From an uncultured Mollicutes bacterium (GTDB lineage: Bacteria; Bacillota_I; Bacilli_A; RF39; UBA660), in contig URRF01000004.1 of NCBI GenBank assembly GCA_900550145.1, forward strand, positions 1 through 57,467: a stretch of 57,467 bases of DNA, read 5' to 3'. The position numbers were made by a program, and so were the translations under genes. A model generated the notes under the pieces. The model was not told the origin of the DNA, did no database searches, and was given only the letters and a program-made list of their open reading frames with translations. Shown in pieces: positions 9,036 through 18,043 of this stretch; the stretch's first letter is position 1; the number at the start of each line of letters is the position of its first letter.

Positions 9036-10892
9036 ATGAATAGAATTTTTAGACGTTTTATAAATTATATAAGAAAAGAAAAAAAGCAAATAATATTTGC
9101 TCTTTTTGCATTTATTATATATTCATTATATTATTTAATATTTAAAGAAAATAGCGAAGTAATTAGTATGGCAGCACCAGTAGTTGTCGCTGGTGCAGTA
9201 GCAGCTGGTGGTGCAACAACTGGAGCAGTTGCAGCAGGTACAACTGCAGCAGGAACTGCAGCAACCACAACCGCAGCAGGAACTGCCACAGCAGGTGCTA
9301 CTACAAGTGGAACTCTAGCCACCGCAAAAGGAACAGCTAGTGGAGCAGTGCAAACTGCAAATACAGCAAAAAGTGCAGCGAATACTGCAAACATACAAAC
9401 AACAGTTAAAAGACCAGTTAATACAGAAGTAAATGCAGGAAAGACAGATATTGGTATGAGAACTGGCAACACACCTGATGCGTTAAAAGGTATAAAAGAA
9501 AAAAATACTAGTTTAGATCCTGCAACATCAAAGAGTGCACAAAAAGAAGCAAGTACAAGCGAAGTGGAAAAAGCAAAAAAATGGAGTAAAAAAGATAGAT
9601 TATCACCTGAAACATCTAATGACGATGAAGAAAATGAGACTGAATTAGAAGAGGGCTCAAGTGCAGTTTTAAAAAAAGGAAATTTAACTAAAATATTTGT
9701 AGGTGGTATATTTGGATTTATATTAGTAATACTATTTGGAATTCCAATTTTACTAGTATCTATAGGTACTCCAGTTTCTTCAATAATCAAAGTTACTGAT
9801 TGTAGTTCTGTAGAAGGTAGTGGTTGTGAAGAAAATGGTTTAGCATCTTTTGTTGAAAAGGCAAAGAATTTCTTTTTATATGGAAGTTTTGAAAAGAGCA
9901 ATAAATTAATAGCTACAAAAGCAGTAGAAACATCAAATGAAATATTTGAAGAAACTGAGGTTAATATAAATATACCATTACTTTTATCAACCGTTTTTTC
10001 GGACGTTACTGATTCCTTTGAAAAATACGAAACAGATGATCTTACAAATGTTAATGGAAAAAATCTTTTAGATAGATTAAAATACTTTAAAGAAGTAGGT
10101 CTATTTCAAATCATAGAAGATAGTGCAGTTTTCGAATGTAAAGCAAAAGAAGTTGATGGAAAAATGACATATTATACAGTTATTGATACAAGTTTTACTG
10201 ATCCATCTACTATTACTGAAACTGAATGTAATGAAGAAAATGTGGGCAAACTTATAAAGGAGACAGTTTATCAATTAAATATAGAAAAATATTATGAATT
10301 ACTTAAAGAAAAGAAAGATATATTAGCAAAAATATATGGAGATGAACAAGTTTCTACAAAAGAAGGACTTGAACAAGTTATTGACAGTATAAGAATGAAT
10401 AGAGAAGTATTTAAAATTTTATATGAAGATGAAACTGAAGAAAATGGTAGTACTGGTAATATTCCTTTATCAGTAATGCGTGATCAAAATATTAACTTAC
10501 AATCGCCATTAAAAGGAAACATAGGCGTTACATCCCCATATGGTAATAGAACAGGTATTTTTGCAGGAAGACACTTAGGCATGGATTTAGTATCTAATGA
10601 TAAAAGTATTTATGCAGCAGGTGATGGAGTAGTAACAAGAGCGAATACAGAAACACTTGGAGGAAAAGTTATCGAAATAACACATACTACATCTGATGGA
10701 AAAAGATATGTATCTCAATATGGACACTTAAGCCAATTCTTAGTTAGTGTTGGTGATAGAGTTAAAGCAGGTGAAATAATAGGAATTATGGGAGATACTG
10801 GTAAAACCTCAGGAGTACACTTACACTTCCAAATGTGGAATGTAGATACAAAAGAAACATACAATCCAGCAAATTTATTTAATACTAATTAA
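9036..10892 (+). CDS. Membrane protein with Ala/Gly/Thr linker, central unknown domain and C-terminal M23 peptidoglycan metallo-endopeptidase (VirB1/PrgK-role hydrolase)
   Basis: 618 aa. TM helices near residues 20-36 and ~215-240. M23 signatures GRHLGMDL, YAAGDGVV, GDTGKTSGVHLHFQMW. Confidence 0.8.
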   Translation: MNRIFRRFINYIRKEKKQIIFALFAFIIYSLYYLIFKENSEVISMAAPVVVAGAVAAGGATTGAVAAGTTAAGTAATTTAAGTATAGATTSGTLATAKGTASGAVQTANTAKSAANTANIQTTVKRPVNTEVNAGKTDIGMRTGNTPDALKGIKEKNTSLDPATSKSAQKEASTSEVEKAKKWSKKDRLSPETSNDDEENETELEEGSSAVLKKGNLTKIFVGGIFGFILVILFGIPILLVSIGTPVSSIIKVTDCSSVEGSGCEENGLASFVEKAKNFFLYGSFEKSNKLIATKAVETSNEIFEETEVNINIPLLLSTVFSDVTDSFEKYETDDLTNVNGKNLLDRLKYFKEVGLFQIIEDSAVFECKAKEVDGKMTYYTVIDTSFTDPSTITETECNEENVGKLIKETVYQLNIEKYYELLKEKKDILAKIYGDEQVSTKEGLEQVIDSIRMNREVFKILYEDETEENGSTGNIPLSVMRDQNINLQSPLKGNIGVTSPYGNRTGIFAGRHLGMDLVSNDKSIYAAGDGVVTRANTETLGGKVIEITHTTSDGKRYVSQYGHLSQFLVSVGDRVKAGEIIGIMGDTGKTSGVHLHFQMWNVDTKETYNPANLFNTN

Positions 10893-10918
10893 TAACACTT
10901 TATTATTAGTTTTAATTT

Positions 10919-10927
10919 TGATATAAT
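10919..10927 (+). promoter_or_regulatory. Extended -10 element TGATATAAT ahead of the coupling-protein gene
   Basis: TGnTATAAT 36 nt upstream of ATG 10963. The -35 is weak. May be an internal promoter. Confidence 0.4.
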
Positions 10928-10962
10928 CTATGTAGTTTAATAATAATTAAGAGGGTGAGAAT

Positions 10963-13113
10963 ATGAAATTGAAATTTAGAGCAGAACCCAAAGATATACT
11001 ATACTTTATATTATTTTCAATTTTTCTATTTTATTTAATAGCAGTTGGTATAGGGAATATAACAAGTTTATCAAGTAAGGGAACCTTAGTTGGTTTCAAT
11101 CCGTTTCCTGGTTTATCAAAAGAAAATATATTTAGTACAATACTATTTTTTATAATCGCAAATATGGCAATACTTCTTCTCGTGTCATCATATTTCTTTG
11201 ATAGAGAAAAGGGCATTGGCTTTGCAAAAGAAAAAAAAGTTGGAGATGGTTATTCAAAATGGGCAAAACCAGAAGATATAAAAAAATCACCTGGAGTAAA
11301 AGAAGTTCATGAACCTGATTATACATATGATGCTGCAGGAGTACCATTATACTCAGAAAAAGGAAAAATTTGGGTTGATGACGGAGAGAGTCATAGCTTA
11401 ATTATAGGAGCAACAGGTAGTGGTAAAACATATTGTATAGTTAATCCACTAGTTCATATTCTTGCAAAAAAAGGCGAGTCAATGGTTATTACAGATCCTA
11501 AAGGTGAAATATATGAAAACAATGCAAACTTCTTAAGAGATAGAGGTTACAATATACTTTTACTTAATTTCCGTAACCCACAAAAGGGTAATATGTGGAA
11601 TCCACTATCGCTTCCTTACATACTTTATAAAAGTGGAAATTACGATAAATCAAACGAATTACTTAGAGATTTAGCAATAAATATACTTCACGAAGAAAAA
11701 ACAGATGATCCATTCTGGCAAAACACATCAGCCGACTATTTCGTTGGTTTAGCACAAGGATTATTTCAAGATGCAGATGAAAAATATATAAATATAAATT
11801 CAATAATTCAAATGCTTACAGTAGGTGAAGAAAAATATGGCGCATCTACATATGCAAAAGAATACTTTAAAATGAAAGATTCATCTAATCCTGCATATAT
11901 AAACGCAGCAGGAACAATTGATGCACCAAATGATACCAAAGGAAGTATTATATCTGTATTTAGACAAAAAATTAATATATTTGCAATGGCTGAAAACTTA
12001 TCTGAAATGCTATCAAAAAGTGATTTCGATATGATGGATATAGGAAGAAGAAGAACAGCAGTATTTCTAATTATTCAAGATGAAAAAAGAACATATCATG
12101 CTCTTACTACTATATTTGTAAAACAGTGTTACGAAAGCTTAATAGATGTAGCACAAGAAGCAGGAGGTAAACTTCCAGTAAGAACAAACTTTATTCTTGA
12201 TGAATTTGCTAATATGCCCGAATTAAAAGACGTAACAACAATGATTACCGCAGCGCGTTCAAGGCAAATAAGATTTAATTTAATAATACAAAACTTTGCA
12301 CAATTAAACCAAGTATATGGTAAAGAAAATGCAGAAACAATTAAAGGAAATTGTGGAAATATGATTTACTTATTAAGTAGTGAACTTAATGCACTAGAAG
12401 AAATAAGTAAACTATGTGGTGATAGAAAAGTTAAAGGTAAGAGTAAAGACAAACCAGATGAAACTAGACCACTAATATCAGTAACAGATTTGCAACGCCT
12501 TAAATTTAAAGATGCAATTGTAAAAAAACAACGTGTTGATCCATTCCAAACAAAACTTAAAGGTGTAGATGAATATAACTGGAATATTCCAAAATATGAA
12601 AAAGCAACATATCCAAGTAGAGAAAAACATTCAATAGAACTATTTGATTTAAAAACATTTGTTAAAGAAAAGAAAAAAGATAGTATTATGGAATCTGGCT
12701 TTGGAATAGAAAGACCTACAATTATGCCTCCATTTTCAAGAAACGTACCAACTAAACCAAAACTTGAAGAAGATGAATTTGATGTTGATGAACTTATAAA
12801 GAAAATAGATGCGAAAATTGCAGAACTTGAAAAAGAAGATGCGGAAAATAGCAAAAAGTTAAATGGTAAATCAAATGAAGTATCTTTCGAAAATTTGAAT
12901 AATGAATCTCTTGATAAAATCGTAAATAATATTAAAGATATAAATCAAGACAAAAAACCAACATACAATAATGATGATTTAAGAAAAATTGTTGAACCAA
13001 GCAAAGACAACGCAGTCAAAGTAAGTGCTGATATTGATAAAATAATAGAAAAAATAGAAGACGAAGATGTAAGTGATGATGAATTTTTTGATGATTTCTT
13101 CTTTGATGAATAA
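10963..13113 (+). CDS. VirD4/TraG-family type IV coupling protein with long acidic C-terminal tail
   Basis: 716 aa. N-terminal TM pair, Walker A GATGSGKT, FILDEFANMPEL and RSRQIRFNLIIQNFAQL motifs. Tail ends DEDVSDDEFFDDFFFDE. GAGGGTGAG RBS. Confidence 0.85.
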   Translation: MKLKFRAEPKDILYFILFSIFLFYLIAVGIGNITSLSSKGTLVGFNPFPGLSKENIFSTILFFIIANMAILLLVSSYFFDREKGIGFAKEKKVGDGYSKWAKPEDIKKSPGVKEVHEPDYTYDAAGVPLYSEKGKIWVDDGESHSLIIGATGSGKTYCIVNPLVHILAKKGESMVITDPKGEIYENNANFLRDRGYNILLLNFRNPQKGNMWNPLSLPYILYKSGNYDKSNELLRDLAINILHEEKTDDPFWQNTSADYFVGLAQGLFQDADEKYININSIIQMLTVGEEKYGASTYAKEYFKMKDSSNPAYINAAGTIDAPNDTKGSIISVFRQKINIFAMAENLSEMLSKSDFDMMDIGRRRTAVFLIIQDEKRTYHALTTIFVKQCYESLIDVAQEAGGKLPVRTNFILDEFANMPELKDVTTMITAARSRQIRFNLIIQNFAQLNQVYGKENAETIKGNCGNMIYLLSSELNALEEISKLCGDRKVKGKSKDKPDETRPLISVTDLQRLKFKDAIVKKQRVDPFQTKLKGVDEYNWNIPKYEKATYPSREKHSIELFDLKTFVKEKKKDSIMESGFGIERPTIMPPFSRNVPTKPKLEEDEFDVDELIKKIDAKIAELEKEDAENSKKLNGKSNEVSFENLNNESLDKIVNNIKDINQDKKPTYNNDDLRKIVEPSKDNAVKVSADIDKIIEKIEDEDVSDDEFFDDFFFDE

Positions 13114-13137
13114 CACTATATGTGTTATTTTCTTTTT
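13111..13137 (+). terminator. Likely terminator of the T4SS operon
   Basis: TAACAC-tatat-GTGTTA followed by TTTTCTTTTT. The stem is short and AT-rich. Confidence 0.45.
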
Positions 13138-13177
13138 CCATAGTAAAATATTATGAGCGAGTTAAATAATGTACCAT

Positions 13178-13213
13178 AAAATATAATGGTGAAGTATATG
13201 AGTGTAAATATAA
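13178..13213 (+). repeat. Direct repeat copy A (promoter-proximal/RBS/start region shared with mutL)
   Basis: 24 of 26 ungapped identities with 14878-14903, including the identical 16-mer GGTGAAGTATATGAGT (13188-13203). AATATAA follows after a 3-nt indel. Confidence 0.8.
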
Positions 13214-13482
13214 GATATTTAAAACCAAGTGAAACTATATTAATAGATATAAGAGAATCATACGAATATAAAATGGGTCATATAGAAAATGCAATTAACA
13301 TACCAAATGATCTTTTAGAACTAGTTCCAGAAAAATATTTAAAGAAAAATAAAGTATATTATTTATATTGTGATCTTGGTATAAGATCAGAACAATTATC
13401 AAAAATGTTAAATAAAAAGGGATATAAAACATTTTCTATAGAAGGTGGATATAAAGCATATAAAAAATCTAATGTAAATTGA
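13198..13482 (+). CDS. Single-domain rhodanese-like sulfurtransferase
   Basis: About 94 aa. Active-site loop YCDLGIRS (CX4R). Start moved to ATG 13198 (GGTGA RBS, 5-nt spacer) from 13186. Confidence 0.75.
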   Translation: MSVNIRYLKPSETILIDIRESYEYKMGHIENAINIPNDLLELVPEKYLKKNKVYYLYCDLGIRSEQLSKMLNKKGYKTFSIEGGYKAYKKSNVN

Positions 13483-13523
13483 TTTAATATTAAAAAAATT
13501 GTATACTTATAATAGGTGATAGT

Positions 13524-14804
13524 ATGAAAAAAAATGCATTTACATTAGTAGAATTATTAGCAGTTATTGCTATATTAACTATAATAATGGTTATATCTGT
13601 ACCACAACTTATTACAAGCATAAAAAACAAAAAAACTGATGCACTTGAAAAAACAAAAGATTTATTAATTAGTGCAGCAAGAAATTACGTAATTGACTAT
13701 GAATTAAAAGTTCCTACTTCTATTTCAATAGAAACATTATGTAAAAATGATTATTTAGAATGTCCAATAAAAAATCCAATAGATAATTCAAATCTAAACG
13801 GATATGTAAATGTTGATGACAATAAAGTATATGTATATTCAGATACAAGAGATTATATAACTATAAGAGATTATATAATAGACTTATATAACGACGAATC
13901 CTTAAGAACAAGTAATGGATTAAAGAAAGATAATACAGTAGATACAAACATAAGATATTATGGAAGTGATCCAAATAATTATGTAAGTTTTAATAATGAA
14001 TTATGGAGAATAATAGGAGTATTGGGTGATAATGTTAAACTAATAAGAAGTGAAAAACTAGGTAACTTATCATGGGATAGTAGTGCAAGTAATATAAATA
14101 GTGGCAATGGAATAAATCAGTGGGGAGAGAGTACATATGAAGATGGAAGTTATTATGAAGGAGCAGATTTACAAGTATATTTAAATAAGATGTATTATGG
14201 AGGAACAAGTGTAATATGTTATGATGGATTTGAAAATAAAACAACAGCATGTCCAACAAACACAATAGATGAAACTTCAAAATCATTAATAGATAATCAT
14301 ATATGGAATACAGGGGCACCAAATATTAATATTTTATATGGTGGTACTACAGATGAATTTTATAAAGCAGAAAGAGGAAACTTGAATGGAAAAATGTGTG
14401 CAAGTGCAGCTTTTTGCAATGATACAGTAACAAGAACAACAAGATGGACAGGATATGTAGCACTGCCATATATAACAGACTGGGCATATGCAAGTAGTGA
14501 AAGTGTTTGTGAAACAAATATGCAAACAAAAGATGATTCAAATGTATATATATGTAAAAATAATAACTGGATGCAAAAAGATTATACTATATGGTATTTA
14601 TCTCCTTATATTAATGCGTATGACGGAACGGGTGGACTTGCTTTTCAAATATTTGTTCTTTATAATGATAACTTATTAGTTAGTAGCGCAGGAGCAGGTG
14701 CTTCACTTTCTGTTTTCCCGACCATATATCTAAAATCTAATGTCCTTATAGAGAGTGGCAATGGAACAAGTAGTAATCCATACATCTTAAAATTAGATGC
14801 ATAA
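13524..14804 (+). CDS. Type IV pilin/pseudopilin-like protein with ~300-aa Cys-rich C-terminal domain
   Basis: N-terminus MKKNAFTLVELLAVIAILTIIMVISVP is a class III (prepilin) signal with conserved Glu at +5. 426 aa is far longer than ComGC-type pilins. Confidence 0.75.
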   Translation: MKKNAFTLVELLAVIAILTIIMVISVPQLITSIKNKKTDALEKTKDLLISAARNYVIDYELKVPTSISIETLCKNDYLECPIKNPIDNSNLNGYVNVDDNKVYVYSDTRDYITIRDYIIDLYNDESLRTSNGLKKDNTVDTNIRYYGSDPNNYVSFNNELWRIIGVLGDNVKLIRSEKLGNLSWDSSASNINSGNGINQWGESTYEDGSYYEGADLQVYLNKMYYGGTSVICYDGFENKTTACPTNTIDETSKSLIDNHIWNTGAPNINILYGGTTDEFYKAERGNLNGKMCASAAFCNDTVTRTTRWTGYVALPYITDWAYASSESVCETNMQTKDDSNVYICKNNNWMQKDYTIWYLSPYINAYDGTGGLAFQIFVLYNDNLLVSSAGAGASLSVFPTIYLKSNVLIESGNGTSSNPYILKLDA

Positions 14805-14832
14805 ATAAAAGTAAACTAAGTTGATTAAAATT

Positions 14833-14866
14833 AACTAAATAAGCATTAATTATTTAGTTTTTTTCT
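14833..14866 (+). terminator. Rho-independent terminator after the pilin-like gene
   Basis: 10-bp stem AACTAAATAA / TTATTTAGTT, 7-nt loop, then TTTTTTT. Confidence 0.65.
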
Positions 14867-14870
14867 TAAT

Positions 14871-14881
14871 TGTGTTAAAAT
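14871..14881 (+). promoter_or_regulatory. Extended -10 promoter (TGTGtTAAAAT) for mutL
   Basis: TRTG plus TAAAAT 17 nt upstream of the mutL ATG region. Confidence 0.45.
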
Positions 14882-14910
14882 TATATTGGTGAAGTATATG
14901 AGTAATATAA
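14878..14910 (+). repeat. Direct repeat copy B (native mutL initiation region)
   Basis: Partner of 13178-13213. The identical 16-mer at 14888-14903 lies exactly 1700 bp downstream of copy A. Confidence 0.8.
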
Positions 14911-16646
14911 AAGTCATGGATGAAATACTTGCTAATAAAATCGCAGCGGGAGAGGTAATTGAAAAATGTGTTTCAATAGTAAAAGAATTAGTAGAAAACA
15001 GTATAGATGCTAAAAGCAGTAATATAAGGGTTGATCTAATAAATAGTGGTGTTACTGAAATAAAAGTTACTGATGATGGAGTAGGTATGGATCATGATGA
15101 TGCTGTTTTAGCATTTCAAAGACATGCAACAAGCAAATTAAAAAGTGAAGATGATTTATTTAAAATCTCATCACTTGGATTTAGGGGTGAAGCACTTCCA
15201 TCTATCGCATCAGTAAGTGAGGTATCTTTAAAAACAAGTACGGGGGATAAAGGTACGTACATATTAATTAAAGGTGGGAAAATAATTACTAACGAAAGTT
15301 GTGAAGCAAGATGTGGAACTGAAATAATAGTTAGAAAACTTTTTTATAATACACCTGCACGTCTTAAACATTTAAGTAGTTTATACTCAGAACTAGCAAA
15401 TATTTCAGATTTTATAAATAAAATAGCACTTAGTTATCCTGATATTTCATTTATACTTACTAATGACGGGAAGACATTATTAAATACTAGTGGAAATGGC
15501 AATTTACTTAAAGTAATAAACAATATATATGGTATAGATATTACTAAAAAAATGATTGAGATAAATAATACTGATGGTGAATACAACATATATGGCTATA
15601 TAAGTATGCCAGAAGTTACTAAGAGTAGTAGAAATCATATGATTACAATAGTAAATGGTAGAGTAGTTAGAAACCAAGAAGTTAATAAAACGATAAATGA
15701 TAGTTATCATACATTTAAACCAGATGATAGATATCCAATAGTTGTACTTAAAATTGATGTTGATACTTCTTTGGTAGATGTTAATATACATCCAACAAAA
15801 CAAGATGTTAAGTTTGGAAAATTAGAAGAACTAAAAGAATTAATTAGTTCTACTATATCAGAAGAATTAAAGAAAATTAGATTAATTCCAAAAATAGAGA
15901 ATAAGGAATATGATATTCCTATTAATAATATAATGGTAAATACTATAAATAATTACGAAGATATAGATGAAAAAACAAATGAAAGTTATGAAGAAATTAC
16001 TCTTAATCTTGAAGTAAAAGAAGAAACTCCAATATATAAAGAAGTTATAAAAGAAGAAAAAGAAAAAGTACCAATGATGTATCCTGTTGGTCTTGTCAAA
16101 GGCACATATATAATATGTCAAAATGAACTTGGTATGTATATGATAGATCAACATGCTGCAAATGAAAGAATAAATTATGAATACTATTATTATGCTTTAA
16201 GCAATTTAACTGATTCAATTGATATGTTAATACCTATTAATATTGAACTACCATTTAATGAATATATAGTAGTAAAAGAAAATTTAAATATTCTTAGAGA
16301 TATGCATTTTGATATAGAAGAGTTTGGTGTTAATTCATTTATTATAAGAAGTCATCCTATTTGGTTACCAAATGGAAATGAAGAACTTGCTATAAGAAAG
16401 ATTATTGAGTTAATAATTTCCAAAGAAAAAAATTTTGATATATTAAAATTTAATGATAGGGTAGCTATGACTGTAAGTTGTAAAGCAAGTATTAAAGCAA
16501 ATGACAATATAAGTATTGATGAAATGCAAACACTTATAAATAAGCTTAGGAATTGTAAAAATCCTTATACTTGTCCCCATGGAAGACCTACAATTATATT
16601 TTATTCAAACTATGAATTAGAAAAATTATTTAAGAGAGCGATGTGA
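14898..16646 (+). CDS. mutL: DNA mismatch repair protein MutL
   Basis: ANKIAAGEVIE, ELVENSIDA, VTDDGVGM (GHKL ATPase motifs). C-terminal dimerisation region with QHAANERI and CPHGRP. Start at ATG 14898 after a GGTGA RBS. Confidence 0.92.
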   Translation: MSNIKVMDEILANKIAAGEVIEKCVSIVKELVENSIDAKSSNIRVDLINSGVTEIKVTDDGVGMDHDDAVLAFQRHATSKLKSEDDLFKISSLGFRGEALPSIASVSEVSLKTSTGDKGTYILIKGGKIITNESCEARCGTEIIVRKLFYNTPARLKHLSSLYSELANISDFINKIALSYPDISFILTNDGKTLLNTSGNGNLLKVINNIYGIDITKKMIEINNTDGEYNIYGYISMPEVTKSSRNHMITIVNGRVVRNQEVNKTINDSYHTFKPDDRYPIVVLKIDVDTSLVDVNIHPTKQDVKFGKLEELKELISSTISEELKKIRLIPKIENKEYDIPINNIMVNTINNYEDIDEKTNESYEEITLNLEVKEETPIYKEVIKEEKEKVPMMYPVGLVKGTYIICQNELGMYMIDQHAANERINYEYYYYALSNLTDSIDMLIPINIELPFNEYIVVKENLNILRDMHFDIEEFGVNSFIIRSHPIWLPNGNEELAIRKIIELIISKEKNFDILKFNDRVAMTVSCKASIKANDNISIDEMQTLINKLRNCKNPYTCPHGRPTIIFYSNYELEKLFKRAM

Positions 16647-17164
16647 TATATATGTATAATATAATGGAAATAAAAAATATGATAAGCGCAAATGTTGATT
16701 TTGAAAATTTGCAGTATTTAGAAGATCAAAGATATATAGATAAATTATTAATGGAGATATTTGGAAAATCTATATATTCAAATAAACTTTTATATGAAAG
16801 GGCTTTTGTTGTTGTTGAAATAATTAAAAATGAAAAACAATACGAATTAGATATTGCATTTAATGAAAATAACGAATGTTTTTATGGATTATTAAGTTAT
16901 TTAAACAGAAATGGTTTTATAGATGAATCTGAAGTTATGGCAGAATTATATGTTTCTATGTCTGAATTTAAAGAATTATATGAATCTCAAAAAGAAATTG
17001 GATATTTCTATTTATTGGATGATGATTCAAAAAGAACTTATTATATCGGTACAAGGGGAATTACTGCACTTAACAATTTAATGGCTGAAAGAAATAAAGA
17101 AGGAAAAATAAAACAAAATTATAATAAATATAAAAACAAAGTAATAGGAATTAAAAATGCATAA
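16643..17164 (+). CDS. Hypothetical protein between mutL and miaA
   Basis: 173-aa ORF overlapping the mutL stop and the miaA start. No motif recognised. Start uncertain (GTG 16643 or ATG 16652). Confidence 0.4.
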   Translation: MIYMYNIMEIKNMISANVDFENLQYLEDQRYIDKLLMEIFGKSIYSNKLLYERAFVVVEIIKNEKQYELDIAFNENNECFYGLLSYLNRNGFIDESEVMAELYVSMSEFKELYESQKEIGYFYLLDDDSKRTYYIGTRGITALNNLMAERNKEGKIKQNYNKYKNKVIGIKNA

Positions 17165-18035
17165 AATAATAGTAATAATTGGTCCAACTGGTATAGGAAA
17201 GACAAAACTTAGTCTATCACTAGCAAAAGAGTTTAATGCAGAGATATTAAATGCAGATGCTATGCAAATATATAAAGAAATGAATATAGGTACTGCAAAG
17301 ATAAAAGATACTTTAGGTATAAAGCATCATCTTTTAAGTATAAAAAGCGTAAATGATGAGTATTCTGTATGTGATTACCAAAAAGATGGCAGAAAAGTTT
17401 TAAAAGATTTACTAGATCAAGATAAAAATGTTGTAATAGTTGGAGGAACTGGTTTATATATTAAAGCGCTATTATATGATTATAGATTTGATTTAGAAGA
17501 AACGAAATCAAATTATGATCATTTAACTAATGAAGAAATAATGAAAGAAATAATGAAAAAAGATTCATCTTGCGATATACATATAAATAACAGAAAAAGA
17601 TTAATAAGATATTTACAAAAACTAGATAATAATATAAGTATAACTAATAATGAAAACAAATTACTATATGATAATGTTTATTTTATTGGTCTTACAACAA
17701 ATAGAGATGTATTATATAAAAGAATTAATGATAGAGTAGATGAAATGATTAATGATGGATTAATTGATGAAGTAGCGAATTTATATAACAAAGGTATAAA
17801 AACAAACCCAGTTAAAACGGCTATTGGATATAAAGAATTATATAAATATTTTAATAACGAAATATCATTAGAAACAGCAATAGAACTTATAAAAAGAAAT
17901 AGTAGAAGATATGCAAAAAGGCAATATACATGGATAAATAATAAGATGAATGTTAAATGGTTTAATGTTAATTTAAATAATTTTAAAGAAACAATAGAAG
18001 AGGTAATAAACTATATAAAAAATAATCAAAATTGA
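17157..18035 (+). CDS. miaA: tRNA dimethylallyltransferase
   Basis: 292 aa. P-loop GPTGIGKTKLS, then LNADAMQIYKEMNIGTAK and RRYAKRQYTW. Typical position after mutL. Confidence 0.9.
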   Translation: MHKIIVIIGPTGIGKTKLSLSLAKEFNAEILNADAMQIYKEMNIGTAKIKDTLGIKHHLLSIKSVNDEYSVCDYQKDGRKVLKDLLDQDKNVVIVGGTGLYIKALLYDYRFDLEETKSNYDHLTNEEIMKEIMKKDSSCDIHINNRKRLIRYLQKLDNNISITNNENKLLYDNVYFIGLTTNRDVLYKRINDRVDEMINDGLIDEVANLYNKGIKTNPVKTAIGYKELYKYFNNEISLETAIELIKRNSRRYAKRQYTWINNKMNVKWFNVNLNNFKETIEEVINYIKNNQN

Positions 18036-18043
18036 TTATTTTT

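Noticed and set aside
9131-9901. 256-aa minus-strand ORF, plus similar long antisense ORFs at 4978-5424, 5581-5862, 12366-12854, 41185-41694 and 46056-46562
   Set aside because: They lie opposite well-supported + strand genes, lack an RBS and have low-complexity, stop-poor compositions. These are typical antisense shadows, here boosted by the GC-rich Ala/Gly/Thr tract.
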